Source of the DNA: a virus
DNA length: 64,000 nucleotides
IMG/VR virus record: IMGVR_UViG_3300046787_000675
Location: 1 to 64,000 of that record
Direction: 5' to 3' (one strand)
Shown in pieces: positions 1-9,389 of this stretch. Numbering within the stretch: position 1 is the first letter of the stretch; each line of letters begins with the position of its first letter. The position numbers and the translations under genes are program-made. The notes beneath the pieces are model-generated. The model made no database searches. It was given only the letters and a program-made list of their open reading frames with translations, and was not told the origin of the DNA.

Positions 1-999
1 CTCCTGTACCAAGCGAAGAGATATAGAAGAGAAAGATGCCATAAGTTGTGGTTTACTTTTTCCGTTAGATATAGATATACTTCCGTCAGAATCAAACAGT
101 CCAGATAACAGCCCTATTTTAAACTCTCTAGGGGAACATAACCAAAAGGATGGTAAGTGTTTTTTATCTGCACCTTTACCCATTAATTTGAACAGTAGTC
201 TACTTGTATCTGTATTGCTATATACATAAGTATAAGAATCACCGTATGAGTCTGCTGTTTTTTTGCGGTGCAGATGTGCGGCTTTACCATCCTTACGTAT
301 TTTATTTAAGTCTTCCTGTATAGACTGTTCAACATTTCCATACGAAGTACTAAAACATAATTGACCTTTTACTTTACCGTTGCAAAAAGAGACCCATCCA
401 TCTCCGATTAAGAATCCAATTAAATGACCAAAGGATTTATTTAAAGGTATCTGATCTAATAAAGATGATCCTTCTCCTGGTATAGTCGTAATGCTTGCCT
501 CGTAATCCAACGCAATATTTTCTAAGTGTCTACCAGACGGGACTAACATACCTACAGAATCTTTTGGAGTTCTTCGGACTAATTCCAATGTTCCAGGAAG
601 ACACCCGTATACAGCTCGTTCATCATCATCTGTTATTATCTGATTTCTATTATGGAGATTAACCAGCCATATTTCTTTATCTCTGTGAATAGACCAGCCG
701 TGTACATCTGCTAATACTATCTTTTTAGTTTTTTCGCAATACGCAGGCACTTTTAAAAATTTCTCTGCTTCATAGAAATCAACTCCATCTTTGGATCCGA
801 GTAAACGATCTTTTCTGTAAGGGAAATCTTCTAGGTTAATACAATAATAGTTGCTACCTTTAACATAAGGTAAGTGTGTTGTAAAGCGTGCTGCCATAAG
901 TCGTGTTCTCCAATATTCTTTATTATATATATCAGATACACTATAATACTCTTCAAGATATTTACAAGGCAGATTTACAATAACATTCCCTATTTGCTT
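1..999 (-). mobile_element. Intein 2 (partial, LAGLIDADG) inserted immediately after the catalytic DFDGD; atypical N-terminus
   Basis: RNAP similarity stops at DFDGD. The downstream in-frame sequence contains LIGFLIGDGW and LLSGLFDSDGSI plus KKHLPSFWL, typical of intein endonucleases. C-terminal junction is outside the window. Confidence 0.8.
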
Positions 1000-3900
1000 G
1001 TCCCCGTCAAAGTCAGCCCCTAAAGGCTTAACAAGTGCCGGAGGAATCTGTAGAGAATGACCTTTTGTAATAACTGGCCACATTGCAATCATACTGTATT
1101 TATGCAGGGTAGGTGCGCGATTAACAATAACAGGTCTTGTTTTTATAACATCTCTTAACCCGCTCTGGGCAGCTTCTGTTTTATTAGCGACTGCTTTGGC
1201 TGCTTCTGTAGCAGGCATTCCAGCCTGGACTAAGCTTCTAACTATAAACGGCTCATACAGATCCCATGCTTTCTCCTCCGGTATTCCTACCTGATTAAGT
1301 TTAAGCGACGGGTTAAGAGATATAACAGCAAGACCGGAAGCATCGATATTAGTACCTATTACGCGTTTTTGGACAAAGCCTAATTTAGGAGATCCTTTAC
1401 CGAGAATATTGGTAAGTATACCTCCCACCTGTTTAGTCTGAAGTTCTGCCTGTACGGGGTCAGTTAATCCTACCAGAGCTCTATAATTCTTCTGTATATT
1501 TTCGCGAGCTTCATTCTTTACATCGTCCGGGAGATTAGCTGCGTCCTTATAATCCTCAATAGCCTCCATGGTAGCTTTATACATGTAGTTAGCATCATTT
1601 ACCATATTCATCCCGTTACTTTGTGTAATCGGTCTGTATTTAGGAGGTAATACAGGTATTCTGTCCATAAGGTAATCGCGAGGTGCTACACCTTGATCCT
1701 GCATAGCTTTTAGATAGCGGAACTTTTTAATAGCCAAAGGACGCGATGTTTTATTACCGTTCTTAATTAGTTCGATAGATTTAGTTATTTCATGTTCAAC
1801 ATCGATTTTATTTATCTTATCGTTAATAGCCCCATTACGAACTTCTTCATCAAATTGTTTTCTAGTCATCCCCAGTATATTTCTAATAGGATCTTCCATT
1901 ACAGGATTTACCATTGGCTCTGGCAAAGCAATATATCCCCAGCGTTTACCGTTGCCGAGAGAATCTGTAGCTACGGGGTCGAATAATCCGCCTTCTATAG
2001 GTTTAAAGTTACTCTGTGCAAATGTCGCGTTTTTAACTATCTGTCTATCGCCGGTTAGCTCCTGCGCACCTTTATTAGTTAAAGCTTGAATATTGTCGTT
2101 GTCCTTACCTTCATGAAAGTTTACTCCGGCAGCAGTAAGCATTGCCTTAAACTTATTATACACTTCAGGTGTATCCGGGACTTTAGGGGAATAGCCTAAT
2201 TTTAATTGCTTCCAGAACTCGTCGTTGCGTTGTCCTTTTATCAATTTCATATCTCTTAATACTTTTGTAGCATTGTGACCTAAGAGACCCTGCTCCTCCA
2301 TTACTCCTAAGTGCTTACTATTTGATACTAAGACGTTACCAGCAGTGTACTTATGTGTGTGATCTACAGTGAAGTCATAAACATTAATATATTCTACATC
2401 AGTTCTATGTTTATATTGTTTAATACTCCTAATAGTAGCTGGGACTTTACCAATCCTGCATATGTTATCTACCGGAACAGGTTTAATAGTTTTCTGTATT
2501 TCTTTTATAGTTTTGCGTAACCATATCTTACTACGAGGAACAGCTGTATAAGGGATATATTGTGCTATAAGCTCTACTAATTTAGAACACAGTTTAGCAG
2601 ATATATATAAAGAGTATTGTTCTGGGCGTTTATATATCTTACTTACGCACTTATCTCCGAATCTTCTTTCAAAGAACGCGATTATAAGATCTAATTCAGT
2701 CTCAGAGAACCCATGTGTAGATAATTCTCCTTGCAAGGCTATCTTTCCTTTCTTCTTAGCATGGTTTCCTATATACCCATCATCTAAAATCCAAGCACAT
2801 AGTCCTATATCGCCTATATAGTTAAGCCATTCTTCTGTAACCGTCTTCTTATCCTCTTTATAACACAGCTGTTTAAGTTCTTTTATAACCGCTTTATCGC
2901 ACATAGTCATTAGAGTACGTTTGTGTGATTTACCTTGAGGGTCTATTCCTTCGGATTTTATTTGAGACCATGTTCCATATAACCCCGCTACTACTTTTTG
3001 TTTAAAACTTATATACTCAGATTGCTTTATAGAATGCATTACCTGATATTGCTGCGATGTAAGATATGCGTCTCCAAGTAAAGACCCAGCTAAAAACTTT
3101 TTCTGATAATCTGTGGCAATTGGACCCCAACTGATAAGTTCGTCCCCCACCTTAAGCTCTCCAGCTGTTACTTTTTTACCGTTGTATAGATATACTTCAT
3201 GGTTGATTGTAGGAGTAAGAACAGATGTATGTTTAAATCTTTTACCCCCACACACTGATGCTGTTCCTTCTACTTCTATGTTAAGAATATCTGACACGCG
3301 TGCTCGATAAGTAAACCAATCCGTTATCGGTCTATAACACCAAGACTCAGTTTCCCCATCATATGTCCATACGTGTTCTGACTGCTGTTTCTCGACTATT
3401 CTACCTATCTCCCTCTCTCCATGAAGGGTTAATATTTTCTGTGTTGATGGGAAACATCCGGTCTTCCCTCCTTTCGCCGGTAAACCTTCTTCTGTGTATT
3501 TACCGGTCGAGCGCGCTTTTCCTTTGCCCTCTGCGGTATGTTGTAGTTTATAGAAGAAGCTTTTGCCTGTAAAAATTCCTGGTATTGTTTTACCTGTCCG
3601 CGGATCATATATATCTTCAACATCCTTTAAACCGTTTTTAGTTAATTCTTTCTCGGCAAACTCTACCATATCCTCGTCCAGAAATCCGGGGAGTGTGTAC
3701 GGTTTACCTGTTTTCTCTGCAATTTTTCCTAACTGCGCTTCTACTAATTGCGAGCTGTTTGTACGGGAGATAACTCCGAGAGGAGAAATTATAACGTCAA
3801 TAGGTCTTCCAGAAGAATCCCGCGGCATTTTATCGTCAGGAATAATATCGGAAATAACACCTTTACCTCCGAATCTATTAGACAGTTTATCGGCAATCAT

Positions 3901-6303
3901 CATAGGTACATTTGCCCGCGCTGCTACAGCAAAACCATTTTTAGTTTCAGTTGCATCGGTAACAACACCGGGAAACTTATGTGTCCATGTCTGGGTTATA
4001 TCAGTGCGCAGTCTTCTACCCAGGGTATTGCTTCCCTGTGTTTCATTAAAGGCGACTACCATAGGATCGCCGTAATTAAGTATACTGCCAGGCTTTACTA
4101 CGCCGTTCTCGTCGAGTTTATTTAATTGATCTTTGTTAAATTTAGATGGGAATACAGCCAGGAACTTTTTAAGTCCAGTCTGTGTATCTTCATTCTTCTC
4201 AAACTCCTCGTTATACATATGCTCTGAGGTTAATTTACTTCTAGCTGCGCTCTCCGAAATAAGTATAGAGTCTTCAAATACTTTTCCGTCGTAATTCATA
4301 TAGGCAACACGTAAATTTGTACCGAGAGCAGTTACACCTTTATCGTCTGTATAATTACTGCTTGCAAGTAGCTGTTGTTTACCTACCTTATCTCCTACTT
4401 TTACTGCAGGAATATTACGTATATAAGTCTTACGGGAAAAAGGAAATTTATTGTAGAGTTCGTGTGTTACGGATTTACCGTCGGCATATTTAACTGTTAC
4501 ACTATCGTCATCTAAAGCTGTAACAACGCCGTCGTTATCTGCTCTAAGAGCGCCCATATGTGTCCCTAGTTCCTCTTCCACGGACGACTCTCCGGATACC
4601 GTCCTTACAAGAGGAGCTTCCCGGGAAACTAGAGGGAGAGCCTGCACGGCAAATTTTGAACCCATTAAAAGGCGCATACCTTTAACTCCGCTTTTTAAAG
4701 GTACTGTATTGGCTCCATTAGAAAAGATATCGTCTCCTGTAGGAACTACAAAATCAAGATCTTTACGCGGTATAAGTTGTACGCCTTTCTCGGTTACAGC
4801 AGGGACGAATTCGTTTTTATCGTTAAGGTATTCTGATGTCGCGACGTTTTTATAGGCTGCTGTTTTGGAATCTACCCATTCTCTTTCCCCCGTACGGGCA
4901 TTAATAAATTGCGTATATAACTTATTATCTTTTCCTTTCCGTACATTCCGGGCAAGGCGCATATCGACACCTATTTTTAAGGATTCCGGACTGCGAATAA
5001 CATCAACAAAGTTCAAGTAAGAAGGCTGTACATCCCGCGCAGAAGAAGGTACACTATCGATATCTTCTAAGGCACCTTCGCCGAGACGCGTAATACGTTG
5101 GTTCTGATCGTAGTAATCTAACGGATTTATCTCTTCAATACCTTGGCTAACTCCCGAATTATTAAATAGATATGTGACATGGTCGTCTAAATGTGCCGGG
5201 GGAATAACTTCTGCGTTAGGTCCTTTGGAGCTAAGTCTCCAAAGTAATTTTTTAGAGACATTATGTTGGTCGCGACGAATTTTCTCTGTTAGGAAATCGG
5301 AGAAATCAAATACGCGTTGAAACGCCAGGGAATCCCTATTGTCATTACCTTCCTGTCCGCGAGATATACGTAACAATTTAGATGTTGCATCTGCCAACAA
5401 TTGGGGTTGGACTCTCTCGTAAGGTTTACCTAAAGTGCTTGTTGTTCCCTCTACATCCAAGTCCCCTTTAGAAAACGTGTCAATAAGATTTTGCCTTATG
5501 CGTTCTGTGTCATCTGCAGCTTCTTTATCCAGGGTAGGATCTTCCTGCTCTTTTATAAATTCTTCTTTAGGAGCTCTTCCTCCGGGATGTACAAAAGATT
5601 TAATAAAGCGGGTAGCATGCGATGTATTGCGCATTGTTTCGTTTACAGTATATATTTCTTTACCCCATCTACTCTTTAAATCCTGTGTATCATAGCCCAT
5701 TGCCTCCATAACAGGGAGAAGAGGTACTTTCTTATTAGCATATTTTAAATAAAATACCGCTGTAGATGGATCCATAAAAATACGGAAATTAGATCCTGTA
5801 CCCGGTTTAACATTTATTTGTGCCTCTACTTGCTGGTCATCTGTACGTTGGCTATAAACGCCGGGATTCAAACGGAATTGTTTATTTACAGTATATTCTG
5901 TGCCGTTTCGAATAAATGTACCTCTATCCGTCAGGAAAGGTACGTTCATAACAGTACGGGGGTTAGACTTAGACAAGATATTACCTTGTAGATCGTGTAC
6001 TTCCCATGAACCTTTAAGTTTTCTAACAAGGGATTTTCCTTTAAGAATAGCTTCTCGCTGTTCGCGAAGGTTATACCGTTCTTTAGGTTCATATTGTACG
6101 TCGGACAGTACAAGTTTATATTTATCGTTCGCAATAGGATAGGCATTAGATACAGCATCTTTAATGTTATTGTAGATAACTCCACGGAAGGAATTATAAT
6201 CGCTGTAGTCTATTAATTCATCGGGATTTACTTTTGGTAGTTCAAACAGACTATCTGCACTACCTGTAGCAGTACCTGTAGGTGCCGGGAGTATATTTGA
6301 CAT
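1..6303 (-). CDS. rpoBC: Fused beta-beta' multisubunit-type DNA-directed RNA polymerase (partial, >=2101 aa, 3' end beyond window), containing two inteins
   Basis: Hand translation from ATG at 6303; frame checked at 5160, 3456, 2340 and 1020. Beta motifs: VPFLTDRGTFIRNGTEY, SQGIEEINPL..RITRLGEG, RSPESLKIG, RLLMGSKFAVQALPL, ALGTNLRVAYMNYDGKVFEDSILISE, DKLSNRFGGKGVIS, KLQHTAEGK, KHLGVMEE. Beta' motifs: KPIEGGLFDP, IPVLPPKYRP, NRAPTLHK, GADFDGD (1020-1000). Confidence 0.95.
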   Translation of the reverse strand, partial: MSNILPAPTGTATGSADSLFELPKVNPDELIDYSDYNSFRGVIYNNIKDAVSNAYPIANDKYKLVLSDVQYEPKERYNLREQREAILKGKSLVRKLKGSWEVHDLQGNILSKSNPRTVMNVPFLTDRGTFIRNGTEYTVNKQFRLNPGVYSQRTDDQQVEAQINVKPGTGSNFRIFMDPSTAVFYLKYANKKVPLLPVMEAMGYDTQDLKSRWGKEIYTVNETMRNTSHATRFIKSFVHPGGRAPKEEFIKEQEDPTLDKEAADDTERIRQNLIDTFSKGDLDVEGTTSTLGKPYERVQPQLLADATSKLLRISRGQEGNDNRDSLAFQRVFDFSDFLTEKIRRDQHNVSKKLLWRLSSKGPNAEVIPPAHLDDHVTYLFNNSGVSQGIEEINPLDYYDQNQRITRLGEGALEDIDSVPSSARDVQPSYLNFVDVIRSPESLKIGVDMRLARNVRKGKDNKLYTQFINARTGEREWVDSKTAAYKNVATSEYLNDKNEFVPAVTEKGVQLIPRKDLDFVVPTGDDIFSNGANTVPLKSGVKGMRLLMGSKFAVQALPLVSREAPLVRTVSGESSVEEELGTHMGALRADNDGVVTALDDDSVTVKYADGKSVTHELYNKFPFSRKTYIRNIPAVKVGDKVGKQQLLASSNYTDDKGVTALGTNLRVAYMNYDGKVFEDSILISESAARSKLTSEHMYNEEFEKNEDTQTGLKKFLAVFPSKFNKDQLNKLDENGVVKPGSILNYGDPMVVAFNETQGSNTLGRRLRTDITQTWTHKFPGVVTDATETKNGFAVAARANVPMMIADKLSNRFGGKGVISDIIPDDKMPRDSSGRPIDVIISPLGVISRTNSSQLVEAQLGKIAEKTGKPYTLPGFLDEDMVEFAEKELTKNGLKDVEDIYDPRTGKTIPGIFTGKSFFYKLQHTAEGKGKARSTGKYTEEGLPAKGGKTGCFPSTQKILTLHGEREIGRIVEKQQSEHVWTYDGETESWCYRPITDWFTYRARVSDILNIEVEGTASVCGGKRFKHTSVLTPTINHEVYLYNGKKVTAGELKVGDELISWGPIATDYQKKFLAGSLLGDAYLTSQQYQVMHSIKQSEYISFKQKVVAGLYGTWSQIKSEGIDPQGKSHKRTLMTMCDKAVIKELKQLCYKEDKKTVTEEWLNYIGDIGLCAWILDDGYIGNHAKKKGKIALQGELSTHGFSETELDLIIAFFERRFGDKCVSKIYKRPEQYSLYISAKLCSKLVELIAQYIPYTAVPRSKIWLRKTIKEIQKTIKPVPVDNICRIGKVPATIRSIKQYKHRTDVEYINVYDFTVDHTHKYTAGNVLVSNSKHLGVMEEQGLLGHNATKVLRDMKLIKGQRNDEFWKQLKLGYSPKVPDTPEVYNKFKAMLTAAGVNFHEGKDNDNIQALTNKGAQELTGDRQIVKNATFAQSNFKPIEGGLFDPVATDSLGNGKRWGYIALPEPMVNPVMEDPIRNILGMTRKQFDEEVRNGAINDKINKIDVEHEITKSIELIKNGNKTSRPLAIKKFRYLKAMQDQGVAPRDYLMDRIPVLPPKYRPITQSNGMNMVNDANYMYKATMEAIEDYKDAANLPDDVKNEARENIQKNYRALVGLTDPVQAELQTKQVGGILTNILGKGSPKLGFVQKRVIGTNIDASGLAVISLNPSLKLNQVGIPEEKAWDLYEPFIVRSLVQAGMPATEAAKAVANKTEAAQSGLRDVIKTRPVIVNRAPTLHKYSMIAMWPVITKGHSLQIPPALVKPLGADFDGDKQIGNVIVNLPCKYLEEYYSVSDIYNKEYWRTRLMAARFTTHLPYVKGSNYYCINLEDFPYRKDRLLGSKDGVDFYEAEKFLKVPAYCEKTKKIVLADVHGWSIHRDKEIWLVNLHNRNQIITDDDERAVYGCLPGTLELVRRTPKDSVGMLVPSGRHLENIALDYEASITTIPGEGSSLLDQIPLNKSFGHLIGFLIGDGWVSFCNGKVKGQLCFSTSYGNVEQSIQEDLNKIRKDGKAAHLHRKKTADSYGDSYTYVYSNTDTSRLLFKLMGKGADKKHLPSFWLCSPREFKIGLLSGLFDSDGSISISNGKSKPQLMASFSSISLRLVQE
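2320..3456 (-). mobile_element. Intein 1 (379 aa, LAGLIDADG homing endonuclease) in the beta C-terminal region
   Basis: Starts CFPSTQKILT after ..KGGKTG. Block B TPTINHEV; LAGLIDADG motifs LAGSLLGDAY and AWILDDGY; ends VYDFTVDHTHKYTAGNVLVSN followed by +1 Ser. Removal restores GGKTG-SKHLGVME (cf. GGQRFGEME). Confidence 0.92.
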
Positions 6304-6306
6304 ATT

Positions 6307-7287
6307 CTACCCTTGTGCAAGTAATTTAGCGTAAGGATCTGTATCGTCGACAAGCGGCGCAGGAATCTTTTTTGCTTCTTCTCTTCTACCTAAAGGTACT
6401 ACAGATTGTTTTTTCTTTTTATCTTTTTCCAGTTCTTCGTCTATGTAACTCAGATCTGTAAATTTAGGTACGCCTTTTACCCGGGTAATATCCTGCATAA
6501 TAGTATTAAGTTCTTTAAGTCTTTGTCTATTCGGGTCTTTATTATCCATATACCCTTTAGCCGATTTATAGCTAAGTCCAGCAATACCTAATGCAGCAAG
6601 AATGTATAAAGATAAGGAGGCACGACCTATGTTAGAAGGATTAATGTAATCACCTAAACTATTCATTTCTGTTCTAGGAACATTTCCCGGTAAATAGCCG
6701 GAAATACTGTGTATAGCTTCTGCCGCTGTTTTATTGAGGCCACGTGTTCGTTTATACTCTTCATATAAAAGTTTATCGATTGTATTTTCTGTATCGGAAA
6801 TGCTATTGTTAAGCTCGTCTTTCTTATTATCATTGATAATACTGTCTGTAAGTTTCCATCCCCCGTATGTACCCGCCAGTAAAGCTGCAAGAGCTACTGC
6901 CGGATGGAAACGACTTGTTGTTTTGTCCGATAAAGTATCCCAGGCTTCTGTTGCCTGTTTCATTATAAGATCGGATGTTTCCTCTGCCCCTAATTCTTTA
7001 AGTTTTTCTTCCTTCTTAACGTCTCGTGTAGAGGCATCTAAACTAAGAATAGGGTTACGGGCATTTATATAGTTCTTCATTTCTTCTGTAGTTTTCGCTT
7101 CTACAGCCTGCTGACGAAGATGCGAAATATATTTTGCAAGAGCACCTAGGGTACCATAGCCAATAGCTAATCCTGCGCCGTGTTTTAATGCTTTAGATGT
7201 AGTTGTATCTCCAGACGATAAAGGAATATTTCCTGCAGCGAAAGGGTTGAAGAATAAATTAAAGTATTTTTGTGTGTTACTTGACAT
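6307..7287 (-). CDS. Putative virion (head-internal/ejection) protein with Gly/Ala-rich hydrophobic helices and internal KQA/KTA motifs
   Basis: 326 aa; GAGLAIGYGTLGALA, AVALAALLAGTYGGW; MKQAT, NKTAA; structural gene context. Confidence 0.55.
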   Translation of the reverse strand: MSSNTQKYFNLFFNPFAAGNIPLSSGDTTTSKALKHGAGLAIGYGTLGALAKYISHLRQQAVEAKTTEEMKNYINARNPILSLDASTRDVKKEEKLKELGAEETSDLIMKQATEAWDTLSDKTTSRFHPAVALAALLAGTYGGWKLTDSIINDNKKDELNNSISDTENTIDKLLYEEYKRTRGLNKTAAEAIHSISGYLPGNVPRTEMNSLGDYINPSNIGRASLSLYILAALGIAGLSYKSAKGYMDNKDPNRQRLKELNTIMQDITRVKGVPKFTDLSYIDEELEKDKKKKQSVVPLGRREEAKKIPAPLVDDTDPYAKLLAQG

Positions 7288-7630
7288 TTTTAGCAGTCTC
7301 CGGATCAGTATAATAAGTTTCGTACCATTCTAAATAAATACTAAAAGGAACTCTGTTCGTAAACAGCTCTTTGATTGAGACATTAATTTGTTTATGTATG
7401 GCTTTAGACATTAGCTCTTCATACTCTTTAGTGTCTTTCTCGTCTTCCATGTTAAATACTTTAGCCCGGGGAGAAGTCAAAACAAGTTTAGGTTGTTTGG
7501 ATTTTGGGTCTGATTTTTTAATGCTCATGTGACTACCTTTATATGGTCGTCCATTCCATTGTCCTTGAACAACGTCTGCAGAGTTAATAGAAAAAGGTTT
7601 ACCGTTCATAGGTATTTCGTAAGTAATCAT
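7277..7630 (-). CDS. Hypothetical protein
   Basis: 117 aa; overlaps neighbouring start/stop codons. Confidence 0.7.
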   Translation of the reverse strand: MITYEIPMNGKPFSINSADVVQGQWNGRPYKGSHMSIKKSDPKSKQPKLVLTSPRAKVFNMEDEKDTKEYEELMSKAIHKQINVSIKELFTNRVPFSIYLEWYETYYTDPETAKNVK

Positions 7631-7908
7631 AATCTTATCTCCCGCTCTTGTTTTACGGGTGCTTTAGTCTGTATTTCGGCTACTTTCTTTCTTCTCTCTA
7701 ATTCTGATTTAAATTCGGATAATTCCAAGTTATACAATTTGTCCTGTATAATTTTTTTATCTGCGACAGATGGGCTGGTTATTTTTGAGGCTACTACCCC
7801 AGCACCAATACCCAGTGTAGCCGGTGCCAGTATAGATAAAGCTAATAATGTATTAGAATCCAGGGCTGCTTCTTTCTGTAAGAATTGTTTAATTGCTTCT
7901 TTATCCAT
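7627..7908 (-). CDS. Small putative virion membrane-helix protein (KEA motif)
   Basis: QFLQKEAAL then hydrophobic LLALSILAPATLGIGAGVVA. Confidence 0.6.
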   Translation of the reverse strand: MDKEAIKQFLQKEAALDSNTLLALSILAPATLGIGAGVVASKITSPSVADKKIIQDKLYNLELSEFKSELERRKKVAEIQTKAPVKQEREIRL

Positions 7909-7910
7909 TT

Positions 7911-8888
7911 TTAAAATCCTTTACTCAAAATTCCAGTATTATATAATGCACCTGCTACAGCACCGATATCGCTTAAGCGCTCTGTCTGTGCTTTAGGTAA
8001 TGAGAATAATTTACCCATAGTAGAGCCAAATGCAATTCCCGCCCCCATACCAATACCTGCTTTTATCGCGGTTCCTGCTAAATCCATTCCACTAACGTGT
8101 CCGGAAGAGCCTTCGCTAGTTGACCCGAGAAGAGACTTTACCCGGGATTTATCCCCTAAAGTTAGAAATTCGTCGCGATCTATTAAATTACTGCTCTGGT
8201 GTACAGGAATAACTGGATGTGTGAAAGAGGATACTGTATTGCTAATTTCGTTGTTACCAAGGAACGCTTCTTTATTATGTCCATGGATATTTAATAGTAA
8301 ACAAAGCTCATTCCGTAGTTTGTCGCTGGGTACTTTATTTTCTGTTGCTTCTTTTTCCATTTCTATAAGTAATTTATTAAGTCCGCTCTTATCGTTAAGT
8401 CTATTGAAAATAACACTCCAGGCTTTCACTGCACCTTCTTTGTTTAATCTACCGGAATCGAACGGATTACCTGTAACATACTGAACTGCTCTAGGAGGAT
8501 TATGTAGTGCATCCATAATTTCCTGGTGCTGTACTTCGGGGTTATTCTTATAGAACTCTTGTTTATTGATAAATTTAGAGAGGTTATCTCCTGTAGATAT
8601 TTTTGAATTATAATTCTTTAATGCAGGATATGCAGCACCTACGCTGGCACCTGCCAGTGTCATTAGATTCTGTAAAGATTTAAAAGAGTCTCCTCTTTTC
8701 ATCTCTTCATACGCGAGTTCTTTTTCTTCACTGGATTTACCTATAAGAGATAATCCCAGTGCAAGGCGAGCAGCGGCCTTGGTACCGTATCTACCTATCA
8801 AGGCACCTGCGGTACCTAAGACAGCAGATTCAAGAACCGGTCTATTTTCTAATTTACCGTATGCTTTAGTTATTCCCGTAAAGCTCAT
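7911..8888 (-). CDS. Putative virion protein with glycine-zipper-like helices
   Basis: 325 aa; GIGMGAGIAFG, GAVAGAL; KEA motifs. Confidence 0.55.
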   Translation of the reverse strand: MSFTGITKAYGKLENRPVLESAVLGTAGALIGRYGTKAAARLALGLSLIGKSSEEKELAYEEMKRGDSFKSLQNLMTLAGASVGAAYPALKNYNSKISTGDNLSKFINKQEFYKNNPEVQHQEIMDALHNPPRAVQYVTGNPFDSGRLNKEGAVKAWSVIFNRLNDKSGLNKLLIEMEKEATENKVPSDKLRNELCLLLNIHGHNKEAFLGNNEISNTVSSFTHPVIPVHQSSNLIDRDEFLTLGDKSRVKSLLGSTSEGSSGHVSGMDLAGTAIKAGIGMGAGIAFGSTMGKLFSLPKAQTERLSDIGAVAGALYNTGILSKGF

Positions 8889-9333
8889 CTTCTTTCCTCG
8901 TTGTACTTAATCTCCATGCAGGTTTATCTGTATAATTGCCTGGATCTACTCTATTTTGTTTTAGAGCTTTCATAAGCTCATTATGTCTTTGTTGATTAGC
9001 TTGTTCATTTAGGAAGTTTGTACCCATGTACATTGCACCTGCTCCGAGAGCATAATTCTTAAATTCTTTTTTTGTATCATCTACCATTTTAGGGATATTG
9101 GAGAATGTATTAAATGCTCCGACTAAATTATTTATTGGGGCTCCTGTATTGTACTTCCGTTTTAAACCGTAATAACCTTGTTTAACATCTTCCTTAACGT
9201 TTTTAGCCGCGTTGTATGCCCGGACAGGTGAGCTTAATGCGTCGCTTGCCAAGTCTGTGTATTTATTCCAAGCATCTCCTGCCCATCCTGCCTGCTTATA
9301 TAAGTAACCGTCTAAAAATGCATCTTTGTTCAT
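8866..9333 (-). CDS. Putative virion protein with N-terminal AFLDGYLYKQA signal
   Basis: Shared N-terminal motif; GAGAMYMG helix. Confidence 0.6.
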   Translation of the reverse strand: MNKDAFLDGYLYKQAGWAGDAWNKYTDLASDALSSPVRAYNAAKNVKEDVKQGYYGLKRKYNTGAPINNLVGAFNTFSNIPKMVDDTKKEFKNYALGAGAMYMGTNFLNEQANQQRHNELMKALKQNRVDPGNYTDKPAWRLSTTRKEDELYGNN

Positions 9334-9389
9334 TGTAAGTAATCCGTTTTATTATTCTATACTATAATAGGTTTTTATTTTTTAGTCTT

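Noticed and set aside
1792-6185. Short ORFs listed in the track over 1.8-6.2 kb
   Set aside because: Antisense or off-frame shadows of the long RNAP ORF.
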